From positions 21,886,001-21,950,000 of the forward strand of contig CM022667.1 of assembly GCA_012295275.1 (NCBI GenBank): a DNA stretch of 64,000 nucleotides, given 5' to 3'. The notes under the pieces were generated by a model. The model searched no databases. It was not told the DNA's origin and saw only the letters and a program-made list of their open reading frames with translations. Made by a program: the position numbers and the translations under genes. Positions 39,701-51,381 of this stretch are shown here, piece after piece (position 1 is the first letter of the stretch; each line of letters starts with the position of its first letter). Source of the DNA: Chrysomallon squamiferum. Lineage: Eukaryota > Animalia > Mollusca.

Positions 39701-42700
39701 TTGGACAGAAACAATGATAATATTTAGTCATACAAAGAAAATGTCTCTACTCTTTTTGAGATGCCATCCATTTTAGCTCTTGTAACAAAACTGGTACAAT
39801 CCATCTGGGGTTACAATAGATAAAATCTGATTAGCTCCCTGAGTCAACTGAATCTACAAGCATACTTTTAAACAATCCAACTTGGAGAGTTTTTAGGGGG
39901 TTGAGCCTTTTCTAAATGTTTCTGCCATAACTTGGCTTTTATTTTACTACATAGGTCATAATATTATCAGAGCTATTTCCCTGTAACCAGTTATCTAGAT
40001 TTCTGATTTTTTGACAAATTCCTTTCTGTTACAATATATTCCTGGCCAATAAAAGTTTGATGCATTGTATCATATGTTTTCAATCAGCCCAAATAACCTG
40101 CAAAAATATTTTCATGACTTAAATTTAGTATTTCCTAAGTATACTGTAGGTATTACAACTTGAAAGCATTCATACTTCTCATTTTGATCTGACATAATTT
40201 TATCTAAGGCTTTCTATATCAACAGATCTTTATGCACATAAAATCATTCACTCTCATTTAAAGATTGTTTTTATCCACTGTTTTTGACAATTCCTTTTCA
40301 AAGATAGATCACGTTTCTATGCTTCACTCAGTTAACCTGGGGATATTATTAACAGACATTTTCAGAGACACACACTGTTTGATAAGAGCACTACTATTTG
40401 ACTAGGTTCTGATTTAACCTTCTTGCCTGAATCTGTCTCATATGCTCAATTATGACAAACATGTCTATTAATGGATTGTCCTAGGATCACTTTTTTGTTT
40501 TCTGTAAACAAACTAACTAACTGAATCTAACTTTCTCAGATTGTGAAAAGACTGAGAGGCCTTACTGGTCAGCTGATATACCCACAGAAAAAGCTCTATT
40601 AATATTTCTTTGGCTTGCTTTATCTTGTTTGACTGAGCAATTGAAATTTTATGAATATTTTCCAATTGTCTCAGCACAGCCCACTTTGCTCTTTTAATAA
40701 AAGTTGTATTAGAATATCTACAAATCTATCATTATTTGGATATAAACATGATTAGCTATTGTTAAAACTGAGAAAACATTATATTTTAAGAAATATTTTA
40801 ATGAAATTTTAGAATAGTTAATTTTACATTATACCATATCAAAGTAAGAACAGAAACTCATTCATTAAGAAAATGCAATTCCAAAAATCAGTTCCTTACT
40901 TGACAGTTCTTTATATGGTTTCAGTTATTTAAATAAAAAAATAAAAAATCAATAAATCTTTGTTTTTGTTTTAGAGACTTCATGGACTCAAATATGGATC
41001 GGACCAGACACATGCTGAATTATTTGTATCCAATCTTGTACAAAGCAAATCCAGAGTTGTGTGAATTCATGGAGAGGTTTTTATTCTTTTATTTTGCTTT
41101 TTTTTCTGTGATTACTTTTGAAGATTTAAATATTTTGTCTATTCCTTCATTCACAGTTGGAATAATTTGGTTAATTTGCTGTTTCTACTAAACTTGACTG
41201 GTATTTGTGAGCTGATTTTATGGTAAAAATTGATGAAAAATGGATATCTGATGTTTGGTCAGGGTGCAGTTGCAGTGCCTGTCATAGGCACTATTTTCCA
41301 TAGGTACACCCTGCCTTCATTTTGATATATTTGTTATCTCTAGTGATAAGTTTAAAAATCAACATTTTTCTCTTCATGACGTTTTTATTTTTTTTATTTT
41401 TTTTTTTTTTATTTGTTTGGTGTGTAAACCATCAGTTGTTACATAATTCGTATACGTATTATAATTTTCATTAAAGATTTTCATTACATATAACATATTT
41501 CTTTTGGATATTCTGAAGTTGATATTAATTCTGTTAATATTAAATTACAGAGCTGAGCTGGGAACCATATTTTGTCTGAGCTGGCTCATCACATGGTATG
41601 GTCATGTACTCAGTGATTTCTGCCACATTGTAAGGCTTTACGATTTCTTCATTGCATGTCATCCTCTGATGCCAATTTACTTAGCTGCTGCAGTAAGTAA
41701 TATTTGGTCTGCTTATTGCAAATAGATTTACATAAAAGGAAAAAGTGATTTTTTAATTTGTTGTTTATTTCTTGTTTTAAAGATGGTTTTTCTACTAAAG
41801 AAAAAAAAAGAATTTTATAATTTTTTTACAAATAGATTTCTACAACTAAAACATGTTATTAAATTAAATACAACAGTTTCATTAATGATTTTGTCAATAG
41901 TTAAAAAAGTAAGTATATAATATTAAAACTATAACCATAAGATTTGCTGTTTTACAAATGTACAAAACAAATATTTTTTTTTTTTTTTTTTTTTTTAGAT
42001 ATATTTATACAATTTATACATAAGAATTTGTACTAAAAACATAAAATATATCAAATATAAGTTACAAAAAAAAGCAAGTGAAATGAAACTGTTTTTCTCT
42101 TTCACAGATAGTGTTATACCGAGAAAAAGAAGTGCTTGCTTGTGAGTGTGAAATGTGTTACATACATAGCCTGTTGTCTAAGATTCCCGATGATCTCCCC
42201 TTTGAACAGTTAATAGCCAAAGCTGGAGACTTGTATCTCCAATTTCCACCAGCAGAGCTAGCAAATGAAGCTGTTACGAAATTTAGAAAAAGGTACTGAT
42301 TTGACCATTTAGAGAAACAAGTTTTTTTATTTTCTACATAAAAAATAATAATAATAAATTCATGTATCCCCTTTTATATATTTTTAATTAAAAATTTAAA
42401 GTCTATTATATTAAAAATCTGAACAGAAGATTATAATTGTCCATAATAAATTTGTTGTTCTACTTATAATTTTGTTTTAATGTTTTTTCATTTAAAAATA
42501 CATCTTTTTTTTTAGCACGCTATCAAATTATAGGAAATTACAGCAAGGTAGTCGCAACCAAAAACCTGATTCCCATTTGAAAAAGTTGAAACAGAATGGA
42601 AAATTGTCTTCACTGTTAGTTCAAGACGGCAGTAGTAAATTAGTGAAGGTGACTGTGTGGACACTAAGTGCTGTGCTTAGTGCTGCAGTTTTTGTTGTTC

Positions 42701-42747
42701 TCAATGCAGCAGCTGATTGGGACTGGCTGGAAGGACAATGGTGGTGA
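31730..42747 (+). CDS. TBC1D20: TBC1 domain family member 20 (ER-anchored Rab1/Rab2 GAP), 9 exons
   Basis: Exons: 31730-31841 (alternative donor 31871; first exon less certain), 35870-36049, 36841-36921, 37681-37775, 38043-38134, 40975-41076, 41551-41692, 42108-42292, 42516-42747 (TGA). Motifs GGLLSNELRLKAWPKLL, DYNQVVMDVNRSLKRFPPG (Arg finger), LHYYQGYHDI (Gln finger), LSWLITWYGHVL, RLYDFFIACHPLMPIY and a C-terminal TM helix LVKVTVWTLSAVLSAAVFVVL all match TBC1D20. Confidence 0.95.
32491..34465 (+). mobile_element. Second Sola2-like non-autonomous element (4-bp TSD TTAT) in TBC1D20 intron 1
   Basis: Starts GGGTCATTCCGCGTCAAATCACCC and ends ...ATGGAATGTCCA, with TTAT on both flanks. Arms are homologous to 16737-17712. 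Plus-strand remnant HGDVFICFTHPHRPSKLFHWPNEEDICWISELDIFYVIDTP at about 33700-33825. Internal (ACT/ATT)n-rich expansion at about 33050-33630. Confidence 0.8.
36147..36709 (+). mobile_element. Tigger/pogo-family MITE remnant in TBC1D20 intron 2
   Basis: TIR (..TACCTTGACTTATGAGTT / AACTCATAAGTCAAGGTACTACTG). Internal HTH remnant IELMHEIIEKLE*GVHVVDLARQLEHCISMMYTILKQKESIKA. Homologous to 60051-60790. Confidence 0.85.
39395..40750 (-). mobile_element. Decayed Gypsy LTR-retrotransposon pol remnant with integrase upstream of RT (Gmr1-like order) in TBC1D20 intron 5
   Basis: Minus-strand fragments in order: integrase zinc-binding QVVIPTVY..EILNLSHENIFAGYLG*LKTYD..FYWPGI (~40030-40165), integrase C-terminal LDNWLQ..KHLEKAQ, RT SIVTPDGLYQF (~39790-39820), YHCFCPKFGTIAATITSLLQKDYKF (~39645-39720), and RNase H ...LQEYLLTIKHTVGASNTIADSLSK (~39397-39470). 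Boundaries are approximate. Confidence 0.75.
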
Positions 42748-45700
42748 TTGTTGAAAGTTTATGGTGGTGAAAGTAAAAAGGAGATCAGTTTAAATTAAAA
42801 AGGTATTTGATTCAATAGATTAATGCACTGATTAGCTTATAGGATTATAACAGTTGCTGGAAGTATACTGGATAATTACTTATTTATTTACTGTAAATTA
42901 TGCTAATTATAAGAATATGTTAACTTAAAAAATAAAACCAAAAATGTTTCAGATACAAATGTTTCACCTAGTTTTCAGTGAGAAGAATAACAGTATCTTT
43001 AAAAATGGTCCATTTTCTTTCAAACTGAATTGTCTGTTATGAAAAATTTCTTATCTTTATCATGATTTTGACAATATAAACTGGGTATTTTTTTTCTGTT
43101 TAAATTTTTAAAATGAGTGAACAAACATTATAAAAGTTAATATATTAAAAAAATTTTATACTGAAACAGAGTACCTTGAATAACCATGAAGAAATTGTAA
43201 CATATTTGAGTTGGTTTATGCTGTGTTTTGAAATAGGAATGAGTGTGTAGTTTATTGTTGTGTCTGATTATTTTCATTTTAAATGTTAGCATTTTATTAT
43301 GGTAAGCATATCTGAGTGTGGGTGATTAAAATACAAAATATTTTTGTTTATTTATTAAAGGATTTTGTGCAATCTGGCTTGATCCGTTATTGTTTGGTTG
43401 TTTTTTCTTTTCTTTTATTTTATCTCTGTATATTTTGTGTTAAAGTGTAAAGTTAATTATTAAAAAGTTGCTGTGTGCTTGGATGCAAACTGATTGAAAT
43501 AGACCAAAAAAAAAAAAAATTTAATTGCAAATAATTACATTTTTAAATCTTTTTACAAATTATTATTTATTACACTTACTAGTACATTTTGATTAAAAAT
43601 AAATAAAAATACAGATAAGAAAACATTGAAAATTACTAAATGTGTCAGTACTTACTGAGACAAAGTTTATCAACATTACTGCAAATCATATTTCTTACAA
43701 CAAAACAACAGTGACCAGCAAAATCAGTGAAAAGTAGATAATTGTGGCTGCTTATGTTTCTTGCATGCAGATCTTCAAAAATAAAAACCAAATACAAAAA
43801 TTTGTTGATGTGCATTATTATTATTATTATTATTATTATAATATGGGGCATTAACTGGTAGTAACATTGTTCAAATTTTTTATTGTTATTACTAGTGTCG
43901 GTTAATCATGAAAGTTTTATTAATCTCATTAAGGAAATGTTTTTTTGTTTTTTTTGGTTTCATTATAAATAATAGAAAGTGAGATTAGAGTTTTGATTAA
44001 AATAATAATTAATATTTAAAATATTCTTTGATTTGATTGCTTTGATAAAACAAAAATGTTAAAATATTTATTTGTTATTTATTTTAATTACAAAACTAAA
44101 TAGTATATCTAGTCAGTTGAATTATGTAAATGTATACAGACCTGAATTTCTACATTCACACAATTTGAATGCACTTGTTACTAGCACTCAGTGTGATATG
44201 AAGTGACTGTTAAGTTGCAGTTGATGAAAATACTTTTTTAATAATTTAATGTTTTAGCTTGAAATAAATCAGTCGAATGCATGTGGAATACACAATACTG
44301 TATCTTTAAACAATAAATTTAATCTGTTTTTGTAATACTTACATTGTGAAATAATTAATTACAATATGCAATTATTTTCAAATATTTATATCTTTTTAAT
44401 GTTCTGTTATTAATTCAGTTAGTTCCTGATCACAAAAATATATAAAGTGAGTAAATTCTGTTAATCTATTCCAATGTTTATTTTTATTTTTTTAAATTAT
44501 TATTATTATTATTTTAATATTTGAGGATTCTGAATACAAAAAGCTGATTTTAAATTTGTTTTCCTGATATCATAAATTAAGACAAATATATTTTACAATA
44601 TTTTTATAATTTTCTTGTTTTGAAAAAGATTTAAAATGAGATATTTAGTAACATTTTTACTTTTAATAGACAATATGAACATAAGAAAAAGGAAAAAACA
44701 GCACTCGACTTCCATCTAATGTGTATGTGGATATAAATAATTATAAATGTGTTTATAGCAGTACAAATCTTAATTCAGATTCACTGCAAGAACTAGTTTT
44801 CAGTAAAAAAAAATAAAAAATAAAGACAAAGAAAACATTTAAAAAAATATCTTGCTCTATGAAAAACATGTTTATCTGCTCTAGCTTTTAACAATTGTCT
44901 TTATTTTGGAGGGGGTTTAAAATATGAATAATAATTTTCAGATATCTTCAGTTCTGAAATTTCATCACATGATTTTATTCTTCAGTTTAACTTGGAATAC
45001 AACCCAAGGATAATTAAAATATTTAAATTTTGATATAAATTTTGTATTAATGACTAACAGAATTTGTACTGGGGCTGATTGTGAAATGAAATTGTCCTCG
45101 AAATGGTTATTAACAAAATTTGCAATTGTATACATAGTTTAAGTCTTCCCTCAGTGGTGGCATATTTTCAACCGCAAAATGTGTAATTTATACATTTTAT
45201 TTTACCTTAGCATTTTAAAACATATTCACACAAGAATAATAAACACGGATAAATACGTATGTAAATACAATGACGTAACACGGGGTTTTAACTATAATAA
45301 AGGAAAACTAAAGCTTTGTAGTGGAACAGTACAAAAATGTATTTTATTTAGTTTTTTAGCATCATTATCAATATTTTATCAGCTGGGCTGAGTGATGCTA
45401 ATGATATCCAGAGAACCCATTATGGGGTCTCAAGTATTCTGGGCCTGAAAAAACAATTATCAAATACACAATTACGATTTAGCGCATCACAAAGAAGCCC
45501 TCACCAGTGACCCATGTTATAGAACCAGAAATTCAACCTTTTTTATCGCCGCATTTGCTTCAGTTTTATTCCTCAGCAGGTAAACAAATATAAATTTAGA
45601 TGAAGAATCATTTAAGTTAAAATCGTACTTGATCCGCTCGTTTTCATTTGCCAGATATTTAGTAACGATTGTTCCTTTAAATAAGTCTTTCTTTTTTATA

Positions 45701-46885
45701 GTAATACAGAATATTGCTCCCAGTGCAAGAGTAAGAGATGTTGCAGGTGCTGGGCGTGAATCGTGTGCATTTGTACTTTGAATGTCACATTCATAGGTTT
45801 TATGGGTACAATTTTCTTGCTAGTAATTTTATATTTACCGTATTTAAAATATTACGAATGCCTGGTAAATGATAATGATTCCACATTATAATATTAATTT
45901 TTCAGGTTTCTAAATAAGAAATATGTTCTTTTCTAGAATTTGTATTTCCAATATAAGCTACAGTATTAATACAAAATACATAGCTTTCGTTATTATTATT
46001 ATTATTTTTTTTCCACACTGTATCATTCCTCGGCACGCAAGTCATAAGCAACATTTCTACAAACAAAACCATTGTTACTTATTCTTTCTTGTTCATCTTT
46101 AATTTTAACTTTCATTGCCATTACCAGTCAAAAATAAATAATTTTAAACAGGTTACAATAGAAAAATATTTATATTTATCAAATTAAGGATAACAAAAAA
46201 AAATAAAATAAAATAAAATAAAATAAAAAACTTCTACATTTAATTTTTCCTATCGTATTTATGGCATGGACTCAAGCCAAAATCCAGCTTTTCTACATAA
46301 ATTTTATACTTAATGCAAAGTCAATGGCGAGCAACAATATCTATATACAGAAATTCAGAATATGTCATAAGAAAATCACAACAGATATTTACTGACAAAA
46401 ATCATATCTGACCAAAAGTAATGGAAGTGCTAAATAATTATATTTTCATTGTATTTTAGAATTTTACAAAATTTATTTAGTGAAAACTGCAGCAGTTCAT
46501 CAATGAAATGAATGGTAATTCTGGTGTTAATTTGAGATAACAAAGATAACAATGTGTCGTCATACGAATTTCACTTGTGATAGACATTGATAAAATGCAA
46601 TACAGAAATTATTTATTAATTACATGTCTGAACTTGTTAATTCTTAATTGTTTTCCTTATTATATTACCTGACTGTTTATTTATAAGTATCTATGGTTAT
46701 AACCCCTAATACGACCAGGAAGTAATTCGACCCACTGACCTAAAAATAATTTCTTTCCTGTATTTTGTTTCTTCTATATTTTCTTTATTATTATCATTAT
46801 TTTATTCTTGGTTAGGCCTATTATTTGTATATACAATATAATTACATTGAATACACATTAATCAATGTGAGTATTTATATAATTC

Positions 46886-47188
46886 AGTAGTATATATCGA
46901 TATATACCTTTTGTTAGTAACTGACCTAGATGTATATCGACTTTTAGTATTAGAAGAGCAAATCCTAAACCATGGTCTAAATAATCTCAATGTAAAAGGT
47001 AATGTACATCTACATTATTTTTGTTAACCATTTATATAAATATGAATACACAAGAATAATAATATATTTCAACATAATAATCTTGATTAAAAATGTCTGA
47101 AGTCGGTCTTTGTGTTTTATTTTACAAAGCTATATGAAACAATACAGACTTATAAATATTTTTTATATATATTTTGCTTTTAATTATG

Positions 47189-47220
<32 letters not shown>

Positions 47221-48337
47221 GTTATTAAAAGTTGATTGGCTACTTTTGTTATAAATATTATTTTGTTATATAATTTTGGTTTTTACAGTTAAGAGCTATA
47301 TAGTAATAGTCACAAAATAATGTGACACTTAGTTAATTACTATAAATTAATATTAGTTATCTGTATTTTTAAGATTTTTTAATTATTATTATTACTATTA
47401 TAATAATTTTATACAATCAAATTCCAATTTTACGATAGGGGTTTTCCGAATCCTTAAATAGAAACGAATCAGAGGAAAGAGACCACGTGACAGTTTTTCT
47501 CCGAATAGGCCTTGTTTCGGGGAATCCCGTTTGTAATGTAATTGTCATGTAAAATCTAGATAAAACAATTTTCTTGGGAAATCAAACTTGTGTATTTCAG
47601 CTGAGAATTACTAACCAAAGTTGTTACTTCAGGTGAGTATTACTAAATATTACTCAAATACTATATGACAATGACTTGCTATTGTAAAAATAACTTATTC
47701 CAGATAGGCTAAGTTAATCGTGATAATATGGTTGTTATATGCAGGTTATCGCTTGTCCTCTAAGACAGTCATGTCGTAACTAATTTCTTCTGCATGATAT
47801 AATGCAGAATTTTCTTTTACTTCTTCTTCTTTATTTGTTTGTTTATTTAGTTAGTTAGTTATATAATGCATTTGTATTGCTCTTTTTGTTACAGCATATA
47901 TGAATGGTTTATTAAGAAAAACTAAAGTTTAGAAATTAACAGGTGTTCTTTTGTTATTTGTTAATTAATTATTAAACATTGTTATATATTTATTTTATTT
48001 TTTATAATTCTGTAGTATATCGATATACCTTTTGTTAGTAACTGACCTGGATGTATATCGATTTTCAATATTAGAAGAGCAAATCCTAAACCATATTCTA
48101 AACAAGCGTAATGCTAACATGTGGCACAAATACCATACAATGGATTTATTTTACTTTTGTTATTTATTTATTATTCTTCAATAATCGCTAAGTAAAAGGT
48201 AATGTACATATTATTTTTGTTAACTATTCATATAAATATGAATACACAAGAATAATAATATATTTCAACATAATAATCTTGATTAAAAATTACTAAAGTC
48301 GGTCTTTGTGTTTTCTTTTACAAAGCTGTGTGAAACA
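46886..48337 (+). repeat. ~250-bp direct repeat pair flanking the distal IRF promoter (46886-47141 and 48012-48337), with partial third copies at 51451-51509 and 51575-51620
   Basis: Shared blocks ATACCTTTTGTTAGTAACTGACCT..GATGTATATCGA..TAGAAGAGCAAATCCTAAACCAT and GTAAAAGGTAATGTACAT..TATAAATATGAATACACAAGAATAATAATATATTTCAACATAATAATCTTGATTAAAAAT. 48138-48196 recurs at 51451-51509. Confidence 0.85.
47438..47632 (+). promoter_or_regulatory. Candidate distal IRF promoter and non-coding first exon with kB, E-box and GAS sites
   Basis: GGGGTTTTCC (47438-47447), CACGTG (47484-47489), TTCTCCGAA (47497-47505), overlapping TTCGGGGAA/GGGGAATCCC (47516-47528), TTCTTGGGAA (47571-47580). Consensus donor CAG|GTGAGT at 47632/47633. 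Confidence 0.65.
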
Positions 48338-49440
48338 GTTAATACATTTTGTTACAGGTATAAAAATATTTTGGACTGACAAATGCAGTATATGTTCCTC
48401 ATTAATATACTTCTACTTCATTATTATTTCCATTTACCAGAATTTATTTAAAATTTCACTGCAGGTTTTTCTTATTATCATTTTTTATTAACGACAGCAA
48501 CCACATTATATATATGTGTGTGCGTGCGCGCGTTTGTGTGTGTGTGTGTTTTATCATTTTTGAATACAGTATTAATTATAATTTTGGCGGCAATTTCTAT
48601 AAAGAAAAACACTGAATGTGTTTATAAATTGAAACTAAACGTTTACTAAGTTATTTTAAATTGAAATATAGATGACTGGGTGAAATCTCTTAATCTTACA
48701 GTTTTGTATGTGCCTCGTGCATGCATATAATACAATATAACTCTTATAATAGTATTATCTGCTTGTATTTATATTTCTGAAATGATATTGATAAATAATG
48801 CAAAGTTCACTGTTTGTACAATGATCGTATAATTGTTACTTTTAGAAATATTATTGAATTAGGTATTAACATAGAGAGAATCCTTTTAAATAACTGTACC
48901 ATCCAAAACAAACAAACAAACAAACAAATTAATTAATTAATTAATATATAAATAAAGAAAAAGAAAAAGAAAAAGAAGAAATTTCAAAACATAATAATAA
49001 TAATAATAAATGCTTAATAGTATTTAAAAAATATAACACACACAACACACACACAAATACAAAAAACTACAAGAAATACAAGAAATGGAAAGAAAAACAT
49101 TATTATTATTATTATTATTACAAACCGAACTCCAACCTAATATATACTATCTGTATGTTAGTCATATTTCCTGTTTTAATATGAAACGGTTTAGTAAAAA
49201 GTCGTAGATTATTCATTCCTCTATTCCACCGTTCCAACATCAAATTATGTCCTAAAGAGTAGTGTTTGCACACGTTGTTTGCTCCTGTTATCTTCTCTAT
49301 AGTTACGTTGAATATTCTACAAAGTAGTTAAAATAAATATTAATAATGTTTATTTATATATTTATAATTTATTATTATCATGATCTTCATCGTCATCATC
49401 ACCAAACTTGAGAATGTTTGATTCCAAACTTAAGCAGACA

Positions 49441-49500
49441 AAGGGAAACTTATTTATATTGGGAATTACACAGAGAATTACCTTTTCGGTTTCCGAGAAA
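49441..49500. promoter_or_regulatory. Candidate ISRE/GAS composite enhancer upstream of the IRF coding exons
   Basis: TTTCGGTTTC (49484-49493, ISG15-type ISRE core) overlapping TTCCGAGAA (49491-49499, GAS). kB-like GGGAAACTTA and GGGAATTACA nearby. Confidence 0.55.
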
Positions 49501-49579
49501 CAGTGTTTCCCGACCTTGACATAGTGAGTAATGTTAAACGTCAGTTTTATTTTTCTTCCCACACATTTTCTTTTCTTTC

Positions 49580-49639
<60 letters not shown>

Positions 49640-49942
49640 CGTCCATTTTAATTTTTTCTTTATTTCATAATTTTTTTTTAATAATAATGTTATTAAAAGA
49701 AAAGAAGGGAATTAATAACTACTATTATTAAAGAACTATAAGAAGAAGAAGAAGAAGAAGAAGAAAATCATTTTCTTTACCATGAAACACAAACTGAATA
49801 TTTCATTAAATTATGATTATTATGATGATGGTGATAAATAAATTAGTTTATTCAGATTGTAAAATTGTAATAATGACTAAGAATAGACATAAATATGGAA
49901 TTCATATTATTTATTAAATCGTAGGTGGAATTACTGAAAACC

Positions 49943-50211
49943 GGGTAATTTCCGATATCCAGAGTTGTTCATTCTGAATCGTGGGTGTCTAACGTACTTA
50001 AAGTGTTAGTCACAGTAACCATGTGACCTCAATGATCCGCATTAGGGATATTCCAGGAATATTTATGTCTCGAGGATTCACCTAAACATTTATATAAAAT
50101 ACCACTTGTTAACGTGCGGCTTCATTTTCAATTTTAACGCCAGAGAAAAACTGAAAGTATATATCTTAAAATGATTGAAGAACATATAACACAGTATTGC
50201 ACATCAGTAAG
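49943..50211 (+). promoter_or_regulatory. Candidate proximal TATA promoter and alternative first coding exon of the IRF gene
   Basis: GGGTAATTTCC (49943-49953), GGGATATTCC (50045-50054) overlapping TTCCAGGAA (50051-50059), TATATAAAA (50091-50099), IRF-E-like AAAACTGAAAGT (~50147-50158). ATG at 50171 and donor AAG|GTAAAA at 50211/50212 splice in frame to the acceptor at 50420. Confidence 0.55.
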
Positions 50212-50248
50212 GTAAAAAACACACATTTAAAAATCTGACTCTTCAAAT

Positions 50249-50287
<39 letters not shown>

Positions 50288-50444
50288 TTCGTAATCGTGT
50301 TTAAACAACTTATATTATTTAATATAATAACTAATAATTGATTTAAAAAAATAAAATTTAATTCAAATTTTGAATCTATTTTTGATTTATTTATTTTTGT
50401 ATTTATTTTTTATTTCCAGAGACTCTTCTTCGTCGTACAGGGCG

Positions 50445-51328
50445 ATGGGTGAGCACAACAACAGACAACGTTTACGACCCTGGCTGGAAGACCAGATAAA
50501 CAAAGGTCGTTTTCCGGGTGTTGAATGGATTGATAAAGAAGCAAAAATATTTAAACTGCCTTGGAAACATGGTGGCAAACAAACCTGGCAGGAGTCTGAC
50601 TCACTGATTTTCAGGGTATGAATTTTTAAATGAACTTACTGTTATTGTTGTTTTGTTTGTAATGGTTTATATGATAGGAAAAAACAATATTAACATATCC
50701 TATAAGACATAAATTTTAATTTTGATCTGTCACCAAACTGAAACAATGGCTGTTTAATTCATCTCTCGATGCTACTTTGGCTGTGATCCATACCGAGAAA
50801 ATTCTACGCGCTTATTTTAATTATTATTTTGTTTATTCTTGTTTTTTTGTGTGTTTTTTTTATTATTATATATTTATAATTTATCGATGAATTGAGTGAA
50901 CATCTGCTAGAAACGCAAGAAAAACGTTGGTGTGTGATCTATGTGCTTATTCACATTTCCTTTATCGTCACCCTTGTAGATCATACGCCAAAGTAGTTTC
51001 AGACGCGTAGATTCCATGCCAAAGTAACACCATCTCTCTCTCCATGCCAAAGTAACACCATCTCTCTCTCTCTCCAACCAAAACAATTTTTAAAACTTTG
51101 TCTTTAGGAATGGGCAAAGCACACAGGTCGCTATCGGGAAGGTGACCCCACTGATTGGCCAAATTGGAAAACTCGTCTAAGATGTGCATTGAACAAAATG
51201 CCAGATATTCAGGAGCTGAAAGAGAAAGGAAATCTTGATGGTCAAGAACCATACAGAGTGTATCAGTTCCTTCCAAAAAAAGGTAAAATTGATTTATTTG
51301 TAATATAAATGCTGCAACTAACTTTCTT

Positions 51329-51381
<53 letters not shown>

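Noticed and set aside
51327-51377. Poly(T) directly followed by poly(A), a perfect hairpin
   Set aside because: Homopolymer juxtaposition is common in this AT-rich DNA and prone to sequencing error. No independent support for function.
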